Part shown: in pieces, positions 38,086-51,161 of the stretch
Layout: each line of letters begins with the position of its first letter
Numbering within the stretch: the stretch's first letter is position 1
Source of the DNA: Octopus sinensis
Taxonomy: Eukaryota
Assembly (NCBI RefSeq): GCF_006345805.1
Contig: NC_042997.1
Span: forward strand, 191,766,001 to 191,830,000
DNA length: 64,000 bases
Reading direction: 5' to 3'
Notes under the pieces: generated by a model
What the model was told of the DNA's origin: nothing
The model's database searches: none
Seen by the model: the letters and a program-made list of their open reading frames with translations, nothing else
Translations under genes and position numbers: made by a program

Positions 38086-38340
38086 CTTAAAGGATTTTAA
38101 CTCTGTCATTTTCTACTCCACCCTTTGGTTCACTCAGTTTTTCATTGTTGTTTGCCATTGATAGAATGTTAGCTACCATGCTGCATTGCACAAACTTCAG
38201 TATCTACCATCTTTCTTATGGTTCTTGTTGTCCAAAGCGAAAAGACTTTCTGTAGAGTCAAAAATTTCACTTCAATATCCACCGTCTTCAACCAACCATT
38301 TTAACTTCTTGCAGCTGTTCTTAAGTTTCTGTTACAATTT

Positions 38341-39389
38341 GCCTTTCATCCTTTCGGGGTCGATAAATTAGGTACCAGTTACGCACTGGGGTCGATGTAA
38401 TCGACTTAATCCCTTTGTCTGTCCTTGTTTGTCCCCTCTATGTTTAGCCCCTTGTGGGTAATAAAGAAACAGGTATTTCGTCTGCTGTTACGTTCTGAGT
38501 TCAAATTCTGCTGAGGTTGACTTTGCCTTTCATCCTTTCGGGATCAATAAATAAGTACCAGTTACGCACTGGGGTCGATGTAATCGACATAATCCCTTTG
38601 TCTGTCCTTGTTTGTCCCCTCTATGTTTAGCCCCTTGTGGGTAATAAAGAAACAGGTATTTTGTCTGCTGTTACGTTCTGAGTTCAAATTCTGCTGAGGT
38701 TGACTTTGCCTTTCATCCTTTCGGGATCAATAAATTAAGTACCAGTTACGCACTGGGGTCGATGTAATCGACATAATCCCTTTGTCTGTCCTTGTTTGTC
38801 CCCTCTATGTTTAGCCCCTTGTGGGTAATAAAGAAACAGGTATTTTGTCTGCTGTTACGTTCTGAGTTCAAATTCTGCTGAGGTTGACTTTGCCTTTCAT
38901 CCTTTCGGGATCAATAAATTAAGTACCAGTTACGCACTGGGGTCGATGTAATCGACATAATCCCTTTGTCTGTCCTTGTTTGTCCCCTCTATGTTTAGCC
39001 CCTTGTGGGTAATAAAGAAACAGGTATTTCGTCTGCTGTTACGTTCTGAGTTCAAATTCTGCTGAGGTTGACTTTGCCTTTCATCCTTTCGGGATCAATA
39101 AATTAAGTACCAGTTACACACTGGGGTCGATGTAATCGACTTAATCCCTTTGTCTGTCCTTGTTTATCCCCTCTATGTTTAGCCCCTTGTGGGTAATAAA
39201 GAAACAGGTATTTTGTCTGCTGTTACATTCTGAGTTCAAATTCTGCTGAGGTTGACTTTGCCTTTCATCCTTTCGGGATCAATAAATTAAGTACCAGTTA
39301 CACACTGGGGTCGATGTAATCGACTTAATTCCTTTGTCTGTCCTTGTTTGTCCCCTCTATGTTTAGCCCGTTGTGGGCAATAAAGAAAT
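38341..39389 (+). repeat. Head-to-tail array of a 183-184 bp SINE fragment (Meta-domain-like), about 5.7 units
   Basis: gcctttcatcc recurs at 38341, 38525, 38708, 38892, 39076 and 39260. Confidence 0.95.
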
Positions 39390-40029
39390 AAGGAAGCTTG
39401 ACTAGCATGGGACTCTTTTGCTTTGGGGCTGTCACTCAGGATGGACATGGTGGCCATGTGAGTCCAGGGAATTTGCTATTAGGTTCTGGCCATAGATATA
39501 TCTCAGTAGAAATGATCAATGTTATAACAGGATCTGAGAGGTAGGTGAACTACCCTTTTTCCCTCATACCACATTAATAAATTGTAATATCTCTCTATTA
39601 CTCTCTTTTTGTATGTGTATATCTCTGCACAAACATGTGTACAAGTGAGTGTGTGAGTTTGCCACCAGTGCCAAAAAGTACAGTTACCAAAACAAGCCGA
39701 ATGTCCAGTCATCCATGCCAAATTATGAGAGTCCAAACAGCTGTGTCCAATTGTCTCATTCAGATTTGGAAGACAGTTAATAGATATTTTATCTTTACAT
39801 AAAAATAGGCCAAGCAATGATGCACATAGAAGTCCACTCAATTGATTCTATAGTCGGATATGGTTGTAAGAGAGTTTATTTAGAGTGTGATAGAAATACA
39901 TTATTGATTATTTTTAACAATTTCGCATTTTCTGAGTATAACATAGTGTCATTGAAAAATATATGCTTAAAATAATTCTTTTAACAAAGTTGCTCAAATA
40001 GAAATGAAGCTATAAATAATAGCTCATAT

Positions 40030-40408
40030 ACTCTTTTACTTGTTTCAGTCATTTCACTGCGGCCATGCTGGAGCACCACCTTTAGTCAAGCAAATCGACC
40101 CCGGGATGTATTCTTTGTAAGCCCAGTACTTATTCTATCGGTCTCTTTTGCCGAACCGCTAAGTGATGGGGATGTAAACACACCAGCATCGGTTGTCAAG
40201 CAATGCTAGGGGGACAAACACAGACACACAAACACATACATATATGACAGGCTTCTTTCAGTTTCCGTCTACCAAATCCACTCACAAGGCATTGGTCGGC
40301 CCGGGGCTATAGCAGAAGACACTTGCCCAAGATGCCACGCAGTGGGACTGAACCCGGAACCATGTGGTTGGTTAGCAAGCTACTTACCACACAGCTACTC
40401 CTGCACTT
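40030..40408 (-). mobile_element. SINE family A
   Basis: Collinear with 209-642. Confidence 0.9.
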
Positions 40409-40642
40409 ATATTTTGGGGAAAAAAAGACATTTTTTATATTTTTCACTTGTTTCAGTCAATTGACTGTTGGGGTACAACCTTGAAGGGTTTTAGTTATGC
40501 AGATTAAACCTAGTACTTGTTTGGTAGCTGTTCTGTTGGTTTCTATTTGCCAAACTGCTAAGTTACAGGGATATAAACAAACCAACACTGGTTGCCATGC
40601 AGTAGAGAGCAGAGGACAAACACATACACAAATAGTTACAAA

Positions 40643-41050
40643 CAGGCGCAGGTATGGTTGTATGGTAAGAAGCTTGCTTCCCAACTACATGGTTCTAGGT
40701 TCAGTCCCACTATGTGACACCTTGGATAAGTGTCTTCTACCATATCCTTAGGCTGATCAAAGCCTTGTAAGTGGATTTGATCAATGGAAACTGAAAGAAG
40801 CCCATTGTATGTATATATATATACACATACACACACACACACATATTTATGTATGTGTGTCTTTGAGTCTATGTTTATCTCCCCACCACTGCTTGACAAC
40901 TGATGTTGGTATGTTTATGTCCCTGTAACTTAGTGTTTCAGCAAAAGAGACTGATAGTCCTGGGATTGATTTCTTTGACTAAAACCTTTTGAGGTAGTGC
41001 TCCAGCATGGCCACAGTCAAATGACTGAAACATGTAAAAGGATAAAAGAA
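40643..41050 (+). mobile_element. SINE family A, diverged, opposite orientation
   Basis: aggcgcaggtatggttgtatggtaag head; gactgaaacatgtaaaag tail. Confidence 0.8.
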
Positions 41051-41204
41051 TATACATAGCATTATAATTTTTAAATATCTATAAAACTGTCAAAAGCTTG
41101 TTTATTTTTATGTTTTTGATTTATTGTTAATGTTGCTTAATATGTTTTGCTAAAATTGCTGTTTCTTTTCAGACATCATCAGAAAAAGGTAATTAAAATT
41201 CATT

Positions 41205-41490
41205 AAAATGATAGATCTATTGAACTTTCAAAGAGGTCAAATTGTTGGTGTTCATATGGCAGGTGCTAGCATAACGAAAACAGCCAAAATGTTTCATATA
41301 TCAAGAAGTACTTTCTCGAAAGTAACAACAGCCTTTGAGAAAGAGGGAAAAACAAAACTCCGGAAGAAAACCAAAACTTTCAGATAGGGAACATCAGACT
41401 CTTACACAGATTGTTAGAAAGTACAGCTCCTAAAATTACTGCAGAGCTTAATGACCACCTCGAGAACTCAGTTTCCACAAAAACTGTTTG
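41205..41490 (+). mobile_element. Tc1-like transposase N-terminal remnant
   Basis: Translates to DLLNFQRGQIVGVHMAGASITKTAKMFHISRSTFSKV. Confidence 0.75.
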
Positions 41491-41699
41491 CTACTTACCA
41501 CACAACAACTCTTATGCAAAGTTTTCATCATTTTTGACACTATCAAAGAGATCTTGTGCAACTGAAACCTAAATGTCTTTTTGGTCAGCTGAAAGGAGTT
41601 TTGACACAAACTTGGCAGACATGTGTCTCACCCAAATTTTCAGTAATAATAGACTAAACTGAACTGTAACTAATCTGCACATCCTCTGATAATTCATGG

Positions 41700-41960
41700 A
41701 TGGTGATTTGACGATTTCTGCTCACAGCTGCATGCACATCTGTGATGTTTTTCTCAGTTCTGCTGGTTGCGGGTCTCCCAGAACGTTTGTCAATATTGAC
41801 TTTTTTCAGTTATCTTGGAAATGTCTGAACCATTTGTACACTTGTGTGCAGCTCATACATTCCTTTCCATACACTTTCTGCAACTTTGCGTAGGCCTCTA
41901 CACACATTCCTTCCAAGGGCTGCTGTAAACAGTAGAAGTGAGCAAGAAAGTTAAAACTTA
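41700..41960 (-). mobile_element. Mariner transposase N-terminal remnant
   Basis: EAYAKLQKVYGKECMSCTQVYKWFRHFQD in ORF 41806-42000. Confidence 0.7.
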
Positions 41961-42304
41961 GTGTGCATGCACAACAGCATTTAAGGTCAATCTTTGCCAA
42001 GTGGCTTTACTCTGCATGCTTTAGCTTCGTTACAATGGCAACAGTCCGGATACTTATTGATAAAACCTCGTATCATCATCATCATCATCGTTTAGCATCC
42101 ACTTTCCATGCTAGCATAGGTTGGACGGTTCAACTGGGGTCTGGGAAGCCAGAAGGCTGCACCAGGCCCAGTCTGATTTGGCAATGTTTCTATGGCTGGA
42201 TGGCAATGTTTCTACGTATATATATATATATTTTCTCTCTAGTTTCAGCTCAGAGCTGCGGCCATGCTGATGCACCGCTGTTCTGCTACACTGTTATTAC
42301 AAAG

Positions 42305-42452
42305 AGCCTCCTCTAATGTGTGGCACTTGGTGAAGAATGGAGTTTAATATAGCTACCCTCATTTGCACCTCTTGCCGTGAGGTAGGTTCATCTGGGACTC
42401 TCGACAGGAAGAGGTCCAGCTTTGATTTAAAAACCCTACATCTACTTTGTGC
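42305..42452 (-). mobile_element. CR1-group LINE 3' fragment
   Basis: VFKSKLDLFLSRVPDEP motif. Confidence 0.65.
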
Positions 42453-42453
42453 A

Positions 42454-42490
<37 letters not shown>

Positions 42491-43158
42491 TAAATATACA
42501 CACACGCACACATACATGCACATCCATATGTGAAGGGCTTCTTTCAGATTCTGTCAATCAAATCCAACCACAATGTTATAAACAAGTTTTCATATTTTTT
42601 GGACTAATAATTAAAAAAACAATTTAAGTTAATAAAGAACACGGAACACATTATAAAATGACAAACATTAATAGATTTGATTCATGGAACTTTTATTTCA
42701 GTTAGAATTTGAAATCAATAGATTTTTTTTTTTATTCCATAAACAAAATAAATGTGTCAGGAAAGTAAATATATAAATATCAATAAAGCAAGATAAACAT
42801 AACAACAGGAGCTGGTGTAAGATAAAATATCACAATCTATCGAACAACAATAATTGATAACAAAGATCTTCAAAATAACGGCTGATTTGAGAAACTTTCA
42901 TAGCAGATCTTTGGTTTATATTTCAATATGTAGTGGGAGAAGTGAACTGTTCAGCTGGATTCTCTATCTGCACAGCTTCATGAAGTTCACAGGTGGTGAA
43001 GTGTGGCAAACTTGTAGTTTAATTGGATAGTAGAAACATAGGTATAGAAAGGGTGAAAAAAAACAAGAAAATCATGACAAAACGGGTACAGGATGTATCA
43101 TCAAATGCAATCATCAAAGCTGATGAGTTAAATCAGTTGCTACTGCGAGTTTCTCATT

Positions 43159-43243
43159 ATGTGCGTTCCTGCTGGGCAATAAAAAGATGAGTCAAGTTTT
43201 TGTCATCTAAAGAAACTGAGTAGAAACAGAGAGAATCATCTTC
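43159..43243 (-). CDS. Candidate terminal exon (EDDSLCFYSVSLDDKNLTHLFIAQQERT*) with a UTR-like tract to about 42690
   Basis: ttatttgttccag| acceptor, U-rich downstream sequence with AATAAA motifs; alternative acceptors and frames exist. Confidence 0.25.
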
Positions 43244-43481
43244 CTGGAACAAATAAATAAACTCTACTACATGCATTAAGTAGTCTTCCACCCATTTCTA
43301 CACATGCACAGTAATACATACAAACCTTGGCAAATTAACTTACAAGCACCGCTGCATATCTTTGGCTAAACAGATTACTCTGAATAAATGTTTTCTAGGT
43401 AATTCTAGGTAATTCTAGTCACTTCATCATATATGTTTGTATACTATGTACTTTCATGCACACACTTAAGTCTATACATTC

Positions 43482-43512
<31 letters not shown>

Positions 43513-43800
43513 CTGTTGTGTCTGGGGAGAGTCATTTTCTTTTTGCGCCTTATTATGTAACACACTCACCAGTAAAATTTCCACTTTTTTTCTTATTTTT
43601 TAAGAGAGTCAAAACTATTAAAAAGGTTGCAAGATGCAACGAAAATTTTAGGACAATAATAATAAGAAAAAAAGTAGAAATTTTACCAGTGAGTGTGTTA
43701 CATAATAAGGCACAAAAAGAAAATGACTCTCCCTAGACACAACAGAATATGCTTCAATACACGAACTCATATAAAGAATCTTGCAAACCAAATCCAAAAA
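43513..43800. mobile_element. Asymmetric fold-back element with arms of about 65 bp plus a one-sided extension
   Basis: ctgttgtgtctggggagagtcattttc...gaaaatgactctccctagacacaacag; second copy at 55907-56158. Confidence 0.8.
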
Positions 43801-44995
43801 CGAAATATATATATATATTGTATAATGTAACTATGTCCAATTTGATTCATATAAGACAATTATGCACAAATTATGCACTTCAACTCACACATTTTGTATT
43901 AAACATATTTAACACAAATAATTTAATAATATTAATAATAATAACAATAAAAAAATTGCAATTTCGTTTTAAAAACCATGTCCACTGAATTTTGTAAATA
44001 TGGAATGTCGCACATAATAAATTCTACATATTTTTTTCGTACAAAGATTGATAAAATATCTTGAAGTTATACTAGTGTGTGTCAACAACCTGCTTACTGG
44101 TGCAGGTCACCAAGGAGAAAAAAAGTCTTACATACACAGAAAAGTTAGTGAAGTTAGTAAAAGCAAAGAGAAAATATTTTAAAATATATACTAACAAAGT
44201 GCATGACAATATAAAAATAAATAAAATTTCAACACATGTACAAGACACAAGGCTATGATGTACACAGACAAATGACGGTATGTCAAAACAAAGACATGTT
44301 ATGACATGGTTAAGAGGATTAGCATGAGTGTAGATGTCCATTAGCAATCTGACGGATACTCAGTTAGTTTTGACAATGTCCATTCAGGTGTTTGATCAAC
44401 TAAACTGCTTGATTGTTAAATTAACATGTGGCTGAGTATTCCACAGACATGTGAACCCTTACTGTAACTGTCAGGCTATGCATACATGACAGAATATGTG
44501 ACAAGCTGGACCTTTGAATTACAAGTACAAATAATTCAACGGGCTTCCACACAGTTTCCATTCACCTAATTTGATGTACAAGGTTTAGGTTGATTTGGAA
44601 CTGAGCTAAAGGACATTTGCTGAAGATGCTACACAACAGGGTTGAACTCAGTATCTTGTGGTTGTGAAACAAACTTCTTAACCACTTGGACAACTCGCAT
44701 GTACACCAGCAATCTAGTAAATATCAACAAGACAAAAATTTAATAAATATATAAATAAATAAATTGAAGGAACTAGAAAAGGTAAACAAAACAATGGAGC
44801 AAAGAGAATAAATATAAAAAAAAAACAATTATTGGTTAATAATTGTAGACTGAATTTTCAAAAATGCTTTACAAAATCTGTTTTTACAATTGTATGTATA
44901 TATACATATAGAACATACATACACAAACACATACATACATGTATACACACACACACATGCATATATAAGTACAAACATATACATGTGTGTATATG

Positions 44996-45038
<43 letters not shown>

Positions 45039-45121
45039 TCACACACACACACACTTATATATGCATATGCATACACATGTATGTATGAATGTGTGTGTGT
45101 GTACGTATGTATATATATATA

Positions 45122-45164
<43 letters not shown>

Positions 45165-45219
45165 TACACACATATATGCATATGCATACACATGTATGTA
45201 TGAATGTGTGTGTGTGTGC

Positions 45220-45261
<42 letters not shown>

Positions 45262-45540
45262 GCCAGCCTCGTCTGGCACCTGTGTCGGTGGCACATAAAA
45301 ACACCATCCGAGCGTGGCCGTTCGCCAGCCTCGTCTGGCACCTGTGTCGGTGGCACATAAAATCACCCACTACACTCTCGGAGTGGTTGGCGTTAGGAAG
45401 GGCATCCAGCTGTAGAAACACTGCCAGATCTGACTGGCCTGGTGCAGCCTTCGGGCTCCCCAGACCCCAGTTGAACCGTCCAACCCATGCTAGCATGGAA
45501 AACGGACGCTAAATGATGATGATGATGATGATGATGATAT

Positions 45541-45799
45541 AACAGCATGTGTGTGCGTGTGTACACACATACTCACAATTTAAAAAATTCAGATTTGAAA
45601 TTCTTTATTGTTCACAATATAGAAATATAGAAACAGCATTTAGTGCTCAGCAAATTATTTTTCCATTTTTCTCTTCAGTGAATTTGTAGCATAAATATTA
45701 AAAAAAAACTTTAAAAAAACACCAAAAACAAAAAACACACACACACACTTATATATGCATATGCATACACATGTATGTATGAATGTGTGTGTGTGTACG

Positions 45800-45843
<44 letters not shown>

Positions 45844-46056
45844 ATATAACAGCATGTGTGTGCGTGTGTACACACATACTCACAATTTAAAAAATTCAGA
45901 TTTGAAATTCTTTATTGTTCACAATATAGAAATATAGAAACAGCATTTAGTGCTCAGCAAATTATTTTTCCATTTTTCTCTTCAGTGAATTTGTAGCATA
46001 AATATTAAAAAAAAACTTTAAAAAAACACCAAAAACAAAAAACACACACACACTTA
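45541..46056. repeat. About 210-bp direct duplication with a 307-bp offset
   Basis: 45541-45751 repeats at 45848-46056; the spacer repeats 45045-45140. Confidence 0.9.
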
Positions 46057-46726
46057 AAAAAACCTAACAAAACAAATGAAAACAAACAATGAAAAAAAAT
46101 TGTTGAACAATCAACTGCAAATTGCAATTATTGGGATTGTTTCATATGCATTTCTCCAATAGTTTTAAAAAGAGTTATTCTTGAGGAGAAACATGATAAT
46201 GGACTGAAAGCCTGTTTTAAATTATATACAATGGTAATTTACAGTAATGGCTTTGATTTTTTATCTCTTTTTTTTTTTTATATCTACTGCAGCTACTAGA
46301 AAATATCACAGTATGCTGCAGTCTATCTCACTTTTCAAGATATTAAATAACCCTAAAGATACATTCACCTGACATCCATGGATGGAAAGTCAGTTCAGTT
46401 TAAAAAAAAAACATAGTAGTTTTGTTCATGGAAGGACTTGAATTCAGTGTCGCAAGCTAATAATACTGATTACAGAACTGAACAGCATCTCGGTTAAAGT
46501 CATAGATTAGTTATAGATAAATGGAATGGGATATTGAGGGTTTATGTGTCTTGGTAATTTCCCCCAGCACAGCAACATCGATGGGATACAAACGGGTGAA
46601 TATTCAACCAGTGGACTGACATGTCAACTTAAGCCAGCTGTCAAATCTCATTGGCTATCTTAAAGCAATCAAATTCATGGGTGTAACTGGTTGTTGGATA
46701 TCACTCCAAAATAAAAGAACTACTTA

Positions 46727-46889
46727 CCATATTTTAACATGTATAAGGAACCCTCTAATTTTTGGGGCTTAAAATTTGGAAAAAAAGTTTTGTAAGGGAT
46801 TATCATACTATCCATGTATAAGAAACGCCCATATTTTTTTAACATAATTTTTGACAAAAAAAGGGTTCCTTATACATGTTAAAATATGG
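46727..46889. mobile_element. TA-flanked Tc1/mariner-type MITE
   Basis: 28-bp TIRs ccatattttaacatgtataaggaaccct / agggttccttatacatgttaaaatatgg, TA on both sides. Confidence 0.85.
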
Positions 46890-47143
46890 TATGTCTCAAA
46901 CTAATACCAGGAATATCACCAAACTTTATAAGAAACTCCCATATTTTTTTAACATAATTTTTGACAAAAAAGGGTTCCTTATACATGTTAAAATATGGTA
47001 TGTCTCAAACTAACATCAGGAATATCACCAAACTTTATAAGAAACTCCCATATTTTTTTAACATAATTTTTGACAAAAAAAGGGTTCCTTATACATGTTA
47101 AAATATGGTATGTCTCAAACTAACACCAGTAATATCACCAAAC
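46817..47143. repeat. About 110-bp tandem repeat x3 (MITE right end plus flanking DNA)
   Basis: Unit starts at 46817, 46927 and 47036. Confidence 0.9.
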
Positions 47144-48638
47144 TTTTTTTTCTTTTTTTTTTTTTCACCCAATCTTCAAAACTGAAAATTTAAATTGTGT
47201 CAGTAATTTAACCACAGAAATGAAATATGAGTACTGCATTCTTTAAGTTAATGAATGCGGTACTCAAAGTCAAGATAACTCTCATAAATTTCTTCATTGA
47301 AACTACATATGCCAGTATTGTATAATGGTAACTACACCAAACTGTCATCTGTATAATTAACTATATATACACAGGATTTAAATTTGAACTACTATTAGTT
47401 TTATGCCTCTGAAAATACGCTAGTCAGACAAGCTTGTTCATTGTATTTCCAGAAGCATAACATTAACAATAGCTCAAATTTTAATCCTTTATTTATTAGA
47501 TATTTATCTTTCACTGGATGGAGTATTTTTTTGTTGACCCCTACCAACAATGGCTTGAGAGAACATCACATACATATTAATACAAGAGTTGTAAAGTATG
47601 TAGAAATACATTTTACATAGTGCACACATTATCTAATATAGAACTCAATATATGGCAGAGGGGATAGATATATATTTATATAATAAGTTTTGCTTATGCC
47701 TATTCATAACAGCCAAGAGTGGAACTTTTGATATAACACACACACACACTATATATATCCTCATCATTTAACACCTGTTGTCCATGCTAGCATGGATTTT
47801 TCATATATATGTATATACACACACACACACACATATACTGATGTTTGTGTGCATCAGACCTTTTATATCACAGCAAGCTGTTTGAGACTAAACCAGCTTA
47901 GGTCTAGAAAAGATTAAGGATACCAAGGGCACAATTTCAGCCTTAACAGAGCAATGAAAGACAGTAAAAAAGCCTGAGTTTTGCAACTAAATTTAATAAA
48001 ATTTCCCTGGCCTATTGCTAAAGAATCTTCCAGCCACCATAAAATCCAGTTTGCACAACTCTGATTCCAGAACTCAATAAGGTAATGGTGTTTTGCCATA
48101 TGTCAGTGCCTGCCAACTACATGTGGTTAATATATGAGAGTTGTATGTGGGTGGTTTTATATATAACCTACTTCATAGGAGGAAAGATGTAAAATTAAAA
48201 AAAAATTATCTTGTTTATTATTCTTTAATAGTTACATCATTAATAAGAATACTTTTGAAAACTTGTTTGGTATTTTCATCATATATAGAAGAAAACAGGT
48301 ATGCTTAATTTCTTTTCTTTTTTTTTTTCTAAATCACTCAACTATTTGGTTTCGAATGTATTAAATAATCATGTTAAAAAGTAATCTTGTAATTTTAATA
48401 TGAATTTCCTTTAGAAGTATTTCTCATGTAATTTGGGAGTATAGCAGCTTATATACATACATGACTTTAAAATGTTTTAGTAAGGGGTTGATATTACCAT
48501 GAACCAGGAGTAATATGTCAGCATGTTTGGAAAAACTCAAATTCTTTGGGATGTCATGATGTCTCGTGGATAGTACTGACTTTGAAAAGGTAATGTAATA
48601 GAAAAACTAGAAAGGGGAAGGTAATCTAATTCAAATAC

Positions 48639-48752
48639 TCTTCTGAATAGGAGAACAATATATGGTAGACATGACCCTTGTTTTGTAGGACATTGACGTG
48701 AATAAGAATATAATATGCAACTGGTTGGTAGAACACACAAAAGATAGTATAG
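48639..48752 (-). CDS. Candidate exon (ILSFVCSTNQLHIIFLFTSMSYKTRVMSTIYCSPIQK), phase-compatible with 49565-49646
   Basis: ttctttcttcag| acceptor, AGA|gtattt donor, 114 nt, phase 1 to 1. A plus-strand reading (DIDVNKNIICNWLVEH...) is about equally plausible. Confidence 0.22.
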
Positions 48753-48908
48753 CTGAAGAAAGAATGGTTGAATCATTAGCGATATTGGATAAAATTTCCA
48801 TTAATTAATGTACAGGAAGGATAATAAATAAAGTTGGTTCATAAATAATAACTAGCATGTAGATGATGAAATAGTTTTGAATGTAATGACGGAAAACCAG
48901 TTTCTTAA

Positions 48909-49129
48909 CCCTTTTGATACCAACCCGGCCAAAACCGCCTCTGGCTCTGTAGTACAAATGTCTTACTTTCATAAGTATTGAATTAAAATCTTCCACCAAA
49001 CCTTAGTCACAATTTATGTTCCCAACACTAGCTTAATGATAACTAAGTTCTTTTACTAAATTCTTTGTTATATCTAAAGTAATTGAAAGAAACACAGAGC
49101 ATCTCAAAATAAATACAATAACGAAAGGG
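48909..49129. mobile_element. TTAA-flanked MITE, family 1
   Basis: TTAA-cccttttgatac ... ataacgaaaggg-TTAA; homologous to 63443-63851. Confidence 0.8.
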
Positions 49130-49564
49130 TTAAACAAAATTTTAGCGAATATAGTCTTAACCAGTGCAAAATTAACTGAAAGAGAACAATGATATATCCA
49201 TATAAAGATAAAAAGTAGAGATAAGTGAGATAACATACTTTTCTGTCAGCATATTTGAATCTCTGAATAGAACAATCATACAGACACACATTCTAGTTGG
49301 AAGACATTTTAAAGTGAAGATTGAAATAAAGGTAAATAAAACATCTTAGAACCATAAAAAATTTTGACACCATTCCACATTCCTATCTTCTTTACTTTAG
49401 TTTGATGAAGATCAGAACCATGTTCATTACAACAAGATTCATTTACTACTGTTCATTACAAATAACAATGGAATCTTTCTGACTTAAAGAATATTTAAAA
49501 TCCTTTTCTTTCCTCTCCATAATTGATGATATTAGAAAAGACTCTGGAATTTTAAAGAACTTAC

Positions 49565-49646
49565 TTTCTGAACTAACTTTTGGCTCAAAATAAATAGCAT
49601 GAAATTTATCATCATTATCAAGAAATTGGTCTGGAATTATTACAAT
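49565..49646 (-). CDS. Candidate internal exon of an unidentified gene (IVIIPDQFLDNDDKFHAIYFEPKVSSE+A)
   Basis: ttattgcag| acceptor (alternative ccag at 49631) and AAA|gtaagt donor; the frame stays open to 49446. No recognisable family. Confidence 0.35.
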
Positions 49647-50217
49647 CTGCAATAACATTAATTTAATGGATTTTTGTTGTTAAAGCTGTTTTACAGTCAT
49701 TATAGTTCCATACTAGCATTGGAGAGTGGGGTATGATTTTCACAAATCTGAACATTTTTGCACAATGAATGCAAATGAATGCATAATGAATTACAAGTGA
49801 ATGCTCCTTCTCTCACTAAACTGAGCCAATTGAGAAATGGGCTATGTGCTTTGCTCAGGGGGTAACTAACAACATTATATAAATCTAATTAAAGCCAAGT
49901 ATACGTCAGTACATCATCATTATCAAGAAATTGGTCTGGAATTATTACAATCTGCAATAACATTAATTTAATGGATTTTTGTTGTTAAAGCTGTTTTACA
50001 GTCATTATAGTTCCATACTAGCATTGGAGAGTGGGGTATGATTTTCACAAATCTGAACATTTTTGCACAATGAATGCAAATGAATGCATAATGAATTACA
50101 AATGAATGCTCCTTCTCTCACTAAACTGAGCCAATTGAGAAATGGGCTATGTGCTTTGCTCAGGGGGTAACTAACAACATTATATAAATCTAATTAAAGC
50201 CAAGTATACGTCAGTAC
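49608..50217. repeat. 305-bp tandem duplication x2, near-identical
   Basis: Units 49608-49912 and 49913-50217; one substitution noticed (caagtga/caaatga). Confidence 0.95.
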
Positions 50218-50655
50218 AAGTTACAATGATTGTCTCAATGGTTACACAGCTTCTGGTTTTATTTATCTGGGTATATATTTTAAGGAAACCAGCCAGATGT
50301 TATACAAAAGCTTTGGGGATTTCAGTGGTAGGGATTTATAAGATAAAATAAGACATTTGTGTGTTATTTGTTGTGGCAACACTGATCGCTGTTCTTAACC
50401 AATTCTTATATAAAGGTGATAATATTTGGGCAACAAATCATAAATGAATATTATGATAATGCTGCAAAAGAAACAGGGATAGCTTATAATAGCATTAATA
50501 ATTATTAGATAAATATCTCTCCATCCCACCAAATTTGTGAATGTGCACTTATTTAAAAGAAAATATTTAAAATTATTTTTCATGGTTGAAAAATTCATAC
50601 CAAAGTAATTTCAGGAGTAAATTACAACTTTATTACAATTTTATTATTATTTATT

Positions 50656-51161
50656 GTCTTTGCACAGCTTCTAACACTGGAGATGTACTACAGTACCAGC
50701 TGTTCACTACCAGTGAACTAAGGTAACACCCCCTTATTTCTCGAGCACCATTTGGAGTATTCGAGCAGTTCCAAGCAGTGCTGTTTTCTTCAAGTGCTCC
50801 ACCCTTATTGTAGCCCCTATTTGTTCCATGTACTTCTCAAAATTTTTATTCACTGTTCCCAGGGCTCTGAAAATTATTGGTACTACTACCACCTTTTTCA
50901 CCGACCACAACTGCTTAACCTCCCAAGCTAACCTATCATATCTATCGACTTTTCTTTCTTCCTTATTGCATACCTTGTTGTCAGCTGGGGATGTTATATC
51001 TATCACCCAGCATCGTTTGCTTTCTTTCTCAACACTATGTCTGGTTTCCTATTCTCTATCTCATGGTTGCACTGAATCATAAAATTCCATAGGATTTTTG
51101 CATTATCATTTTCGATGATGCCATCCGGTTTATGTTCATATCACTTTTTTTCTGTCAAGTC

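Noticed and set aside
48510-48589. Plus-strand exon-like frame with in-frame TGA (CLEKLKFFGMS*CLVDSTDFEK) as a possible selenoprotein
   Set aside because: There is no recognisable selenoprotein motif or SECIS, and competing frames and strands are equally plausible
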